This document shows, one piece after another, positions 1 to 8,251 of a stretch of 23,002 bases of DNA. A program made the translations under genes and the position numbers. This DNA comes from a virus (taxonomy: Duplodnaviria > Heunggongvirae > Uroviricota > Caudoviricetes). Within the stretch, counting starts at the first letter, position 1; every line of letters begins with the position of its first letter. The notes under the pieces are model-generated. The model worked only from the letters and a program-made list of their open reading frames with translations, did not search any database and was not told the DNA's origin. Where the stretch lies: the IMG/VR virus record IMGVR_UViG_2740892209_000015; one strand, 5' to 3'.

Positions 1-435
1 TTACTTTAGATATTGTGCAGACAAATTAGGATCCCATTCATTTTCGTCAAAATCATCAAAGTGATGAATTTGTGATCTCCAGTCTCGATAATCTAAAAAT
101 TTCTGGGCGGTTACGCTTATTTTATCAAGTGTGAGTTCATCCTGAATTGAAAGAAGAAGTTCATCAAATTTCATCTCATTAATCTGTTTTGGCATCCAGT
201 GATGCTTCATCAGAATAAGGTGAACCAGAGCCTTTTTCCCATTCAACTGATTATAGGGAGTGCCGAATTTCTTCCGGTGCTCATGTAAGACAAGGTCCAA
301 AAGAGTAAGTAATGTTGCCCTTGATTCAACTTTGCTTATTTCGACTGATGACACTACCCCACTGATTTCAATGCCCCGATACTTTCCAACATTTTCACAG
401 TGGGATTTGTACAGCGTATAGATATTACCGGACAT
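1..435 (-). CDS. Hypothetical protein (144 aa), AT-rich moron-like gene in the P22-like prophage arm
   Basis: Complete ORF with stop at 1-3 (TAA on minus strand). Visibly AT-rich relative to neighbours and transcribed opposite to the flanking phage genes. No family recognised. Confidence 0.45.
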   Translation of the reverse strand: MSGNIYTLYKSHCENVGKYRGIEISGVVSSVEISKVESRATLLTLLDLVLHEHRKKFGTPYNQLNGKKALVHLILMKHHWMPKQINEMKFDELLLSIQDELTLDKISVTAQKFLDYRDWRSQIHHFDDFDENEWDPNLSAQYLK

Positions 436-979
436 TTCTTTTCCTTTTACGTTGTTGGGGATAACCAGATTAACCGAATCCTTGTTGTTGGGGAATAACT
501 AGGTCCACCTCGCCTGATGTGGCTAAAAGCAGGCACATAACAGCTAAGTATTTTCAACCAGAGAGAATCCTTAGCGTTGTGGTGAATGCGGCTCAGCGCA
601 CGCGGGTTAAGGTTGAGGCTGACAGTCGACCTTCTGTGGATACCCACCCGCCTGGTGTGCAACCTTCGCCAGGCACCGGGAGGCACCCGGCACCACAACT
701 TTATGCTGTGTGTAGTCTTGGCGGTACCAGCTTGTACCCTTGCTTCCGGCTGGTACCGTCCTTTTTACAAAACAGAGAAGAGCATCACCGGACGACGGGC
801 TCATAACCCAATCCATCCGGGCGGCTGCCACCGCAGGTGTTCTTCTCTGTTTTGTGGAGAAACTAACCGCCCCTACGGGGGCATTTATGGAAATGTAATT
901 GACTCAATAATCGCCGGACGGTGAGGGCTTCCTTTTACCCGAATTCAGCGCGGTGCAGCGCATATACGTGGAGAACAAA

Positions 980-1516
980 ATGTCATTTATTAAAACTTTT
1001 TCCGGGAAGCATTTTTATTATGACAGGATAAATAAAGACGACATCGTTATTAACGATATCGCGGTTTCCCTTTCAAATATCTGTCGCTTTGCAGGACATC
1101 TTTCACACTTCTACAGTGTCGCCCAACATGCGGTGCTTTGCAGCCAGCTGGTGCCACAGGAATTTGCTTTTGAAGCTTTAATGCATGATGCAACAGAAGC
1201 ATATTGCCAGGACATCCCCGCACCACTGAAACGACTTCTTCCTGACTATAAACGGATGGAAGAAAAAATAGACGCCGTAATCCGTGAGAAATACGGGTTA
1301 CCTCCTGTTATGAGCACGCCAGTGAAATATGCCGATCTCATTATGCTGGCAACCGAACGCCGCGATCTCGGGCTTGATGATGGCTCTTTCTGGCCTGTAC
1401 TGGAAGGTATCCCGGCAACAGAGATGTTCAAAGTGATTCCACAGGCACCGGGCCATGCCTACGGGATGTTTATGGAACGTTTTAACGAGTTATCGGAGTT
1501 ACGCAAATGCGCATGA
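980..1516 (+). CDS. HD-domain phosphohydrolase, YfbR-like 5'-deoxynucleotidase family (178 aa)
   Basis: H...HD metal-binding motifs (SVAQHAV, LMHDATEAY) and YfbR-like layout. GGAGAA Shine-Dalgarno 4-5 nt upstream of the ATG at 980; the ATG at 953 lacks an RBS. Confidence 0.75.
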   Translation: MSFIKTFSGKHFYYDRINKDDIVINDIAVSLSNICRFAGHLSHFYSVAQHAVLCSQLVPQEFAFEALMHDATEAYCQDIPAPLKRLLPDYKRMEEKIDAVIREKYGLPPVMSTPVKYADLIMLATERRDLGLDDGSFWPVLEGIPATEMFKVIPQAPGHAYGMFMERFNELSELRKCA

Positions 1517-1869
1517 ATGTTTTCGAAATGGAAGGGTTTCTTCGTGGGAGATGTGTACCGCGAGATCTGAAAGTGAATGAAACAGATGCTGAATACCTGG
1601 TGCGTAAATTCGATGCGCTTGAAGCTAAATGTGCAGCACAGGAAAACAAAGTAATACCAGTGTCAACTGAACTGCCACCAGCAAATGAAAGTGTTTTGTT
1701 ATTCGATGCTAACGGAGAAGGCTGGCTAATTGGCTGGCGTTCTCTCTGGTACACCTGGGGACAAAAAGAAACCGGAGAATGGCAGTGGACATTTCAGGTC
1801 GGGGATCTTGAAAACGTCAATATCACTCACTGGGCAGTAATGCCAAAAGCACCGGAGGCTGGAGCATAA
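1507..1869 (+). CDS. Phage protein, DUF551-like (120 aa)
   Basis: Trp-rich C-terminal region (GWLIGW...HWAVMP) typical of DUF551 phage proteins. Stop overlaps the next start (TAATG). Confidence 0.6.
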   Translation: MRMNVFEMEGFLRGRCVPRDLKVNETDAEYLVRKFDALEAKCAAQENKVIPVSTELPPANESVLLFDANGEGWLIGWRSLWYTWGQKETGEWQWTFQVGDLENVNITHWAVMPKAPEAGA

Positions 1870-2174
1870 TGACCACTTTTACCGACAAAGAACTGATTAA
1901 AGAAATTAAAGAGCGTATCAGCAGCCTTGACGTGCGAGACGATATTGAGCGCCGTGCTTATGAAATCGCACTCCTATCTCTGGAAGTAGAACCAGATGAA
2001 CGCGAAGCTTATGAATTATTCATGGAAAAGCGTTTCGGTGACTTAGTAGATCGTCGGAGAGCAAAAAACGGCGATAACGAATACATGGCATGGGATATGA
2101 CTCTCGGTTGGATCGTCTGGCAGCAACGAGCTGGTATCCATTTTTCAACAATGTCACAACAAGAGGTGAAATAA
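1869..2174 (+). CDS. Hypothetical phage protein (101 aa)
   Basis: GGAGG-like RBS upstream. Stop and start overlap the neighbouring genes (TAATG at both ends), indicating an operon with xis-int. Confidence 0.55.
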   Translation: MTTFTDKELIKEIKERISSLDVRDDIERRAYEIALLSLEVEPDEREAYELFMEKRFGDLVDRRRAKNGDNEYMAWDMTLGWIVWQQRAGIHFSTMSQQEVK

Positions 2175-2524
2175 TGGAGCCATACAGCCTCACACTCGAT
2201 GAGGCCTGTCATTTTCTCAAGATATCCAGACCGACTGCCATTAACTGGATACGCACAGGGCGTCTTCAGGCAACACGCAAAGATCCCACTAAGAATAAAT
2301 CTCCTTACCTCACAACACGACAAGCCTGCATTGCGGCTCTTCAGTCTCCGCTGCATACTGTCCAGGTGAGCGCGGGTGATGGCATAACAGAGGAAAGAAA
2401 ATGTCACTCTTCCGCAGAGGTGAAATATGGTACGCCAGTTTCACATTGCCGAACGGTAAAAGATTTAAACAGTCTCTTGGAACAAAGGACAAAAGGCAGG
2501 CGACAGAACTCCATGACAAGCTAA
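2174..2524 (+). CDS. xis: Excisionase, P22 Xis-like (116 aa)
   Basis: [40 protein letters not shown]... resembles P22-type excisionase. GAGGTGA RBS. 3' end overlaps the int start, as in P22. Confidence 0.8.
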   Translation: MEPYSLTLDEACHFLKISRPTAINWIRTGRLQATRKDPTKNKSPYLTTRQACIAALQSPLHTVQVSAGDGITEERKCHSSAEVKYGTPVSHCRTVKDLNSLLEQRTKGRRQNSMTS

Positions 2525-3564
2525 AGGCTGAAGCATGGCGGGTCAGCAAACTTGGTGAAATACCTGATATAACGTTCGAGGAAGCGTGTGTCAGGTGGCT
2601 TGAAGAGAAAGCACATAAAAAATCACTGGACGATGACAAAAGCCGGATCGGATTCTGGCTTCAACATTTCGCAGGAATGCAACTAAGAGACATTACTGAA
2701 TCAAAAATTTATTCAGCAATGCAGAAAATGACGAACCGGCGTCATGAGGAAAACTGGAAACTCAGGGCAGAAGCATGCAGAAAAAAAGGGAAACCTGTTC
2801 CAGAATACACGCCAAAACCGGCGTCCGTTGCAACGAAGGCTACGCATCTTTCATTTATAAAGGCCCTACTAAGAGCCGCAGAGCGTGAATGGAAAATGCT
2901 GGATAAGGCACCAATTATTAAAGTGCCTCAACCAAAGAATAAACGGATCCGCTGGCTGGAGCCCCATGAAGCACAAAGGCTGATTGATGAATGTCCGGAG
3001 CCATTAAAGTCTGTTGTTGAATTTGCACTGGCAACAGGCTTAAGACGCTCGAACATCATCAACCTTGAATGGCAACAAATAGATATGCAGCGCCGGGTGG
3101 CATGGATAAACCCGGAAGAGAGTAAATCAAACCGCGCAATTGGCGTTGCGCTGAATGATACTGCATGTCGCGTATTGAAAAAACAAATCGGGAATCATCA
3201 CCGTTGGGTATTTGTGTACAAGGAAAGCTGTACCAAACCAGACGGAACGAAAGCGCCAACAGTAAGGAAGATGCGGTATGACGCAAACACAGCCTGGAAA
3301 GCGGCGCTGAGACGGGCTGGTATTGATGATTTCAGATTTCACGACTTGAGACACACCTGGGCAAGTTGGCTGGTTCAAGCCGGAGTCCCGTTGTCAGTGT
3401 TACAGGAAATGGGAGGCTGGGAGTCTATCGAAATGGTTCGTCGATATGCTCACCTTGCACCTAATCACCTTACCGAACACGCACGGCAAATAGACTCGAT
3501 CCTGAACCCATCGGTCCCAAATTTGTCCCAGTCAAAAAATAAGGAAGGTACTAATGATGTGTAA
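2401..3564 (+). CDS. int: Tyrosine integrase, P22 / DLP12 IntD-like lambdoid family (387 aa)
   Basis: N-terminus [21 protein letters not shown]... and C-terminal catalytic HxxR ([10 protein letters not shown]) and Tyr (VRRYAHL) motifs. Reads toward a thrW-like att core immediately downstream. Confidence 0.9.
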   Translation: MSLFRRGEIWYASFTLPNGKRFKQSLGTKDKRQATELHDKLKAEAWRVSKLGEIPDITFEEACVRWLEEKAHKKSLDDDKSRIGFWLQHFAGMQLRDITESKIYSAMQKMTNRRHEENWKLRAEACRKKGKPVPEYTPKPASVATKATHLSFIKALLRAAEREWKMLDKAPIIKVPQPKNKRIRWLEPHEAQRLIDECPEPLKSVVEFALATGLRRSNIINLEWQQIDMQRRVAWINPEESKSNRAIGVALNDTACRVLKKQIGNHHRWVFVYKESCTKPDGTKAPTVRKMRYDANTAWKAALRRAGIDDFRFHDLRHTWASWLVQAGVPLSVLQEMGGWESIEMVRRYAHLAPNHLTEHARQIDSILNPSVPNLSQSKNKEGTNDV

Positions 3565-3578
3565 CTTATTGATTTAAA

Positions 3579-3597
3579 TGGTGCGATAATAGGAACA
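3579..3597. repeat. Degenerate direct repeat of the thrW 3' end (att core, junction between the two elements)
   Basis: AATGGTGCGATAATAGGA here versus AATGGTGCCGATAATAGGA at 21557-21575 (one indel). Lies 15 nt after the int stop. Confidence 0.7.
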
Positions 3598-3656
3598 ATA
3601 CACATAGGCGATAAGCTTTGTTTTTGTTGCCTTTTTTATTGTTCATTTTTTATAGA

Positions 3657-3681
3657 TACCCCCAAAAGTACCCCCATATCT
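3657..3681. repeat. TACCCCCA-type direct repeat, candidate integrase arm-type site (copy 1)
   Basis: ATACCCCCAAAAGTACCCCCAT; near-identical copy at 21425-21450 in the same orientation, each just inside one island boundary. Confidence 0.5.
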
Positions 3682-3795
3682 TTTTCCGCCCCTGAAATTT
3701 GGTTGTTATTCATACAGCATATCAGGCGGTAACGCTCTCCCTTTAACCCACTTATTGTATGATAGTGCTATCCCACAATAAGGAATCAGCCAGCC

Positions 3796-4155
3796 ATGAG
3801 AATGACCAGCCGTAAAAAAGAGATACTCAGTTATTTTGAGCCGGATAACCTAGAATGGGTGACAGGTGAGATTGGTGCGCCGCCGTTCGATGTGTCGGGC
3901 GTGGCCTACCTGCTTCATGGCATGGTGTCGTTCGATAAGCGCCACCAGCTCGAATCAACCCGGCGCACACTGGAAAGCATGGTTGCTGGTGGACTGCTTG
4001 AGCGGGTGACAGTGTATGAATCGCGTCAGGTACGGCGCGGCGGTGAGACTAACGCAACGGTCGTGCGCTACGGTTTACCCGGTCACTGCGCTGTTATGCG
4101 CGATACTGGCGGCGCTGATAACGCAATATCAGGCGAATACATGCGGGTCAGTTAA
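3796..4155 (+). CDS. Hypothetical protein (119 aa)
   Basis: ORF with AAGGAA upstream of the ATG. Convergent 8-nt overlap with the downstream minus-strand gene. No family recognised. Confidence 0.45.
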   Translation: MRMTSRKKEILSYFEPDNLEWVTGEIGAPPFDVSGVAYLLHGMVSFDKRHQLESTRRTLESMVAGGLLERVTVYESRQVRRGGETNATVVRYGLPGHCAVMRDTGGADNAISGEYMRVS

Positions 4156-4690
4156 GAGCCTGCAATCTGTCGTTAATGTTGTTCAGGTCGTAAACCCGGC
4201 GTTCAATATCCAGCATCAGGAAATCGTGGATCTCGGCCTGTTCAGGATTATCAGACTCTCTGGCCTGTAAGAGCAATTCATTGTAACCATGCAAACCACC
4301 CGAATTTTCCGCCGGGGTAGTGCCCTTCCCGCGCAAACAGCTAACAGGCTGGATACTGGTATCATGTGTTTGCTTCTCCAGCACAACAAGGCAATCCCAC
4401 CAGTCGCCAAAGTCATACGTGTAAACCAGCTTGTCACCCTCATTCTGGAGCGCCGCCCATAGTGGCGTGATTGCCGCGTTACCCATGCTTTCATCCTCAC
4501 CCCATACGCGATACTCGCTACCTGGATCACCTTTACGCCCTTTCTCGAACATATACAGGTGTTCGTCATTCCAGCCAAAAGCTAACTGGATCACGGCATG
4601 AAGTTTACTAAAGGGGATTTGCTCTGGAACCAGCACACGCCGCCATATTGGTGGTTTGCTGTCTCGGATGGTTATCTTTATCTGGTACAT
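4148..4690 (-). CDS. PRiA4b ORF-3-like family protein (180 aa)
   Basis: N-terminal signature IKITIRDSKPPIWRRVLVP...LHAVIQLAFGWNDEHLYMF matches the pRiA4b ORF-3-like domain as I recall it. Confidence 0.65.
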   Translation of the reverse strand: MYQIKITIRDSKPPIWRRVLVPEQIPFSKLHAVIQLAFGWNDEHLYMFEKGRKGDPGSEYRVWGEDESMGNAAITPLWAALQNEGDKLVYTYDFGDWWDCLVVLEKQTHDTSIQPVSCLRGKGTTPAENSGGLHGYNELLLQARESDNPEQAEIHDFLMLDIERRVYDLNNINDRLQALN

Positions 4691-4733
4691 GCGTCGTGAA
4701 CCAATAGTGTACGTTTAGGTGGGTATTTTTCTG

Positions 4734-5168
4734 CTACTGACCAGGATAGAGCTGATGTGCCGGGTCAAGCCAGACAATATGGAATACATTACCGATGAAA
4801 AATCCATGTATGCGACCATATTCATTGCGCGATATGGCAAATTGATAAGGTGTATAACTCTGAAACTGTTCATTCAAATGCTGAAATCCCTTAGGTTCAG
4901 ATGTAGTTTGCCAATCAATCGGATGTGACTTCAACGAACCACCGCGATCGGTGGTGAACTCTCGTTCAGTCATAGTGGAAAGGTCTTTGAGGCGGTCTAA
5001 CACCTTGCAAAAATAAACAGGATTCTGAGCGCTGAAAGTAAATTTCTCATGCGCCGCATCGATATACCGAAAAGAAAAGTTGATGGTCGTTATGCCTGAA
5101 CCTGTTCCCCCAGGCACTATTTTTGTTTGCGAGGGTGCAATCTTCGACGCCCTGATTCTTTTCGCCAT
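4734..5168 (-). CDS. Hypothetical protein (144 aa), candidate toxin partner of the upstream Panacea-domain protein
   Basis: Start codon 2 nt after the stop of the upstream gene (tight coupling). No family recognised. Confidence 0.55.
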   Translation of the reverse strand: MAKRIRASKIAPSQTKIVPGGTGSGITTINFSFRYIDAAHEKFTFSAQNPVYFCKVLDRLKDLSTMTEREFTTDRGGSLKSHPIDWQTTSEPKGFQHLNEQFQSYTPYQFAISRNEYGRIHGFFIGNVFHIVWLDPAHQLYPGQ

Positions 5169-5170
5169 AT

Positions 5171-5626
5171 TTAGGAAGCCATCGAACGATAAAACTCAGC
5201 CGTTACACTTTTATCAATAACATTCTTGCACGGCGCATCTGATGGAACCCCTTCACGGGCCTCCAGCCACGGCTTTTCTTGGTGCGTCATCTGCTCCAGC
5301 TCATAAGCTGTATAACCGCCAAATACCTCATAGATTTCCTTTAGATGCTTTGACACATTCGCAGGTAACTCAGGGCAGGCAATCTCTTCGTCTATTGAGC
5401 GCCATTTGTAATCTGCAAATCTGGTATACAAATCTCTGGCTACAGGGCCATGTACCCATGCTTCAAACTTGTCAGCAACCAGTTCTTCGCCATCATTCAG
5501 CGCCATGAACCAAGCATCAGCATAGAACACCATTTTTTGCAGTTTCAGCGGGGTCATAACATCCCCATGCTCTTGAGCAAAGCAAAGCAGGTAATCCGCT
5601 ACGCTGTTAAGGGTTGTAACTGCCAT
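5171..5626 (-). CDS. Panacea-domain (DUF4065, SocA-like) protein, putative antitoxin (151 aa from the internal start)
   Basis: KLQKMVFYADAWFMALN...FEAWVHGPV...LYTRF matches the Panacea/DUF4065 signature. AGGAG RBS 7-8 nt before the ATG at 5626; the longer ORF starting at 5857 has no RBS. Confidence 0.65.
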   Translation of the reverse strand: MAVTTLNSVADYLLCFAQEHGDVMTPLKLQKMVFYADAWFMALNDGEELVADKFEAWVHGPVARDLYTRFADYKWRSIDEEIACPELPANVSKHLKEIYEVFGGYTAYELEQMTHQEKPWLEAREGVPSDAPCKNVIDKSVTAEFYRSMAS

Positions 5627-5947
5627 TATCCAATCTCCTGCCGTATGTTTTCGTCTATAACTGTCCACTACCGTTAATAATCGCATATAACCACGGGTAT
5701 TGCCCATCGTAAAATGCCATTTAAAGATTCTGCGTGATGGCTCACCATCCACCGCGCAAGATACCCGGTGCGTTTGGCTGATAATCCGCAATTTGGTTGA
5801 AACCGTCCTGGAAACCTCAAGTTTGGAAACCAGCGACTTGCATCGTAGCTTTGCCATTCGGCGGTCATAGTTACTGCTATATCCCTTTATTGGCGAGACC
5901 TGCGAGAGGTTTTGTTGTTCGAATATATAAAGGTGAATAAAGGTAAT

Positions 5948-6133
5948 CTACCTGCGCGGCGCAGGCTTCTTCCACTGGTAGGCGGGTGATCGCATCATTT
6001 CGCGAAATTTGTCACGCCGGGCTATATTGGCATTAACTGAGCGTTCTATCTCCCGTTGATCTGCCGGGGTTAGCTGGTGGCCTTCGTGCTCCAGTTTGGC
6101 GGTGGTCAATAAAGCTATTTCGCGTGGTGTCAT
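5948..6133 (-). CDS. Hypothetical small protein (61 aa)
   Basis: AGAGGG RBS-like sequence upstream of the ATG; basic C-terminus. No family recognised. Confidence 0.4.
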   Translation of the reverse strand: MTPREIALLTTAKLEHEGHQLTPADQREIERSVNANIARRDKFREMMRSPAYQWKKPAPRR

Positions 6134-6429
6134 ACGTCATACCCTCTGGAAGGATGAAACACGCCCGGATTAAATTTCATTTTTCGCGGGTATAAAAAAC
6201 GATGGGGCGGGCAGTCCCGGATAGTCAGGGCTGTAGAGATTTGACTACCCCCTCCCCACTGGATTCAGGTTACTGCTATTCCGTTAAGCGCTGCTTACGG
6301 GGATAGCTGCGTTGTGATTTTGACCATTCAGGTCGCCGCTATTTCCTCACCGATTGGGTGCTACGCGCGCGCGTACTTGTCCCGAAATACCAGAAACCGC
6401 CAGCCAGAGGATGATTTCCCTCTGGTGGT

Positions 6430-6711
6430 CTACCTTTGCCTCTTGCCGCCATTTAACCGGAAGGCGTTACCGTTCGGTTGCGCTATCCCCATGCGGTGTT
6501 GCGTTTCGGTAACAGCTTTATGCAGGTCGCCAAATTCCTCAACCTTCACGGGCGGGCGCTTCACGTTCTCCAGACACGTTTCACGGCGGCGCTTTATCCA
6601 TTCCCGATCATCGTCCTCGCTGCATAACAGCATGACTTCCATCCATCGTGCGGCAGCTCTCCGGTATAGCCCTTTTGACTCCAGCTCTTCAGCTTTCCTG
6701 TCCCTTATCAT
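6430..6711 (-). CDS. PerC-family transcriptional activator-like protein (93 aa)
   Basis: AEELESKGLYRRAAARWMEVM resembles the PerC family core. GAGAGG RBS and a TATAAT hexamer lie immediately upstream, abutting the left iteron cluster. Confidence 0.6.
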   Translation of the reverse strand: MIRDRKAEELESKGLYRRAAARWMEVMLLCSEDDDREWIKRRRETCLENVKRPPVKVEEFGDLHKAVTETQHRMGIAQPNGNAFRLNGGKRQR

Positions 6712-6740
6712 TTCTGCCTCTCAGATTATATAGATAAGCA

Positions 6741-6875
6741 AAAAGGTGTTGGTTCAGTTGGTTCAGTTGGTTCAATTTGTAAAGATCGTTGTTTTTATTA
6801 TGTTTTTTCTAAAATATTGAACCAACATCAACTCATTTTGAACCAACACAGCCCAGCTCTGAACCAACAACACAG
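6741..6875. repeat. Iteron cluster L (origin-like): 3 tandem GTTGGTTCA, AT-rich spacer, 3 inverted TGAACCAAC
   Basis: 6741-6785 is a perfect 45-bp inverted repeat of 12982-13026. Tandem 9-mers at 6748-6774; inverted copies at about 6818, 6839 and 6860; AT-rich core 6786-6816. Confidence 0.85.
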
Positions 6876-6970
6876 CGATAGCTTTGTGATTGGCCCGTTA
6901 TTTTCTGGCTGATATTTGATCGTATAACAGTGTTATACAGTGATATACTGTATGGATATTACTCACTGAT

Positions 6971-7426
6971 ATGGTCTTTGCAATGAGCAAATCTAATCTG
7001 GTCGCGTTCCGCATCCCATCTGAATTGCAGGATGAGTTTAATCGGTCTGTTCTCGCTTCTGGAGGGGATAAAACCTCCTGGCTTGTTGATGCGATTCGCA
7101 TGAAGCTGGGACAGCCGGAAAAGTCTATTGATTCACGAATGCTTGGGCTGGTGGAGCGCATGGAAAAAGCTGCTGCGTCGCTTATTGCCGGAAAGCCGAA
7201 CATCCCACCAAAGCCATATAACGAAACGGCAGTTATAAAGATCATTGCCGATACCATCCGACAGGGATTTGATAATGGGCGTGTGATAGCTGAACGGATC
7301 AATGAAGCAGGCTATCAAACAAAAGCTGGTAAAGCGTGGGATAAAGATATTTACAGCGCGTGGAAGCGTCAGGGAAGCAATGCTGAAAAGTTAAAAGCGG
7401 TGATTGATTGTAAGGTCAGCGTATAA
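6971..7426 (+). CDS. Ribbon-helix-helix (Arc/CopG-like) DNA-binding protein with a C-terminal recombinase-like HTH region (147-151 aa)
   Basis: N-terminal SKSNLVAFRIPSELQDEF is an RHH beta-strand/helix signature. C-terminal VIAERINEAGYQTKAGKAWDKDIYSAWKR resembles the DNA-binding motif of serine-recombinase 'recombinase' domains. Start is ambiguous (6971 or 6983). Confidence 0.6.
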   Translation: MVFAMSKSNLVAFRIPSELQDEFNRSVLASGGDKTSWLVDAIRMKLGQPEKSIDSRMLGLVERMEKAAASLIAGKPNIPPKPYNETAVIKIIADTIRQGFDNGRVIAERINEAGYQTKAGKAWDKDIYSAWKRQGSNAEKLKAVIDCKVSV

Positions 7427-7505
7427 ACATGAGTGCCCATTGGAAAGCTGCTTGGGCCAATACCTTTATACACCAGCAGGTGGTGACGATAGGTGAGGAT
7501 CAGGA

Positions 7506-7727
7506 ATGAAAGGCAGAACGCCACACATTGAACATCAAGCCAACCACTTCTCGGATGTTCGCAATGAGATGATTGCCATTCGCGGTGATATGCACGGCTT
7601 GGAGCGTCGAATTATTGATAAGATTGATGAAAATAGAGATAAGGCCAGTGAAAATCAAAAGTGGATCATCGGCCTGTTGATTTTATCAATTCTTATCCCG
7701 CTACTTATCGCATTGGTCACAAAATGA
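7506..7727 (+). CDS. Small membrane protein (73 aa), coiled-coil plus C-terminal TM helix, XhlA-like topology
   Basis: GGTGAGGA RBS. C-terminal WIIGLLILSILIPLLIALV hydrophobic helix after a charged helical region. Confidence 0.55.
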   Translation: MKGRTPHIEHQANHFSDVRNEMIAIRGDMHGLERRIIDKIDENRDKASENQKWIIGLLILSILIPLLIALVTK

Positions 7728-8251
7728 ATATCCAATGTGTATGCTGTCGATGCTACGCGCGCGTACTTGTCGCAAAATATCAGGCAAAGGCCAGATTCAG
7801 AATGTCGTGATAACCACCAGCACAACATGAGATGTCATGTAACGCGATTTATCACGTCAGATACATGTGATTGGTGTACCCGCATAAAACATTGTCATAG
7901 CGCGTCCTGTGCGCATATACGCCGATAATCAACACATCACCACCACTCTGTCTCATGTAGAGAACAGTTTTATGGTATCCCCCCGCCATCGTGTGCATAC
8001 TGGTCGGACGTAGTTGCAAAATTTTTTGCAACTGATACCCCTCGCACGCGTACTTGTCTCGAAATTGGTGTTTTGCTGTGGCAGTGATATCAGAAAAATC
8101 TTCCTGTTTCACATAAAGCGGATATGTGCGCACTGTAACGGCCCCATCAACGGGGATCGGATTTGAAATCCCGACCCAAGCTATGTACCAAATGCCATGT
8201 CTTGGATATATGATGATTGCCATTCTAAACAACGCTAAAGGGAGGGTTGGT

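Noticed and set aside
447-924. Track ORFs 447-698(-), 519-806(+), 586-924(+), 607-831(-)
   Set aside because: Mutually overlapping in several frames within a GC-rich stretch, with low-complexity P/R/G-rich translations and no RBS. More likely non-coding.
4016-4578. Track ORFs 4016-4270(+) and 4216-4578(-)
   Set aside because: Alternative-frame overlaps of the PRiA4_ORF3-like gene, which has a clear family signature.
5242-5868. Plus-strand ORFs 5242-5508 and 5450-5677, and minus-strand 5674-5868
   Set aside because: Shadows or leader-region ORFs of the Panacea gene with no RBS. The 5857 start extension is also disfavoured against the RBS-supported start at 5626.
6314-6733. 139-aa plus-strand ORF
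   Set aside because: Antisense shadow of the PerC-like gene; S/R-rich low-complexity translation and no RBS.
6748-6774. Tandem 9-mers as a CRISPR array
   Set aside because: Repeats are only 9 bp, directly abutting with no spacers, and there are no cas genes.
7737-7928. 63-aa Cys/His-rich ORF with GTG start
   Set aside because: Covers the GC-palindrome motif, has no RBS, and the apparent Cys/His richness comes from TGT/CAT-rich palindromic DNA.
7852-8232. 126-aa minus-strand ORF
   Set aside because: Lies antisense within the palindrome-rich gap, has no RBS, and runs into the RBS of the secreted-protein gene.
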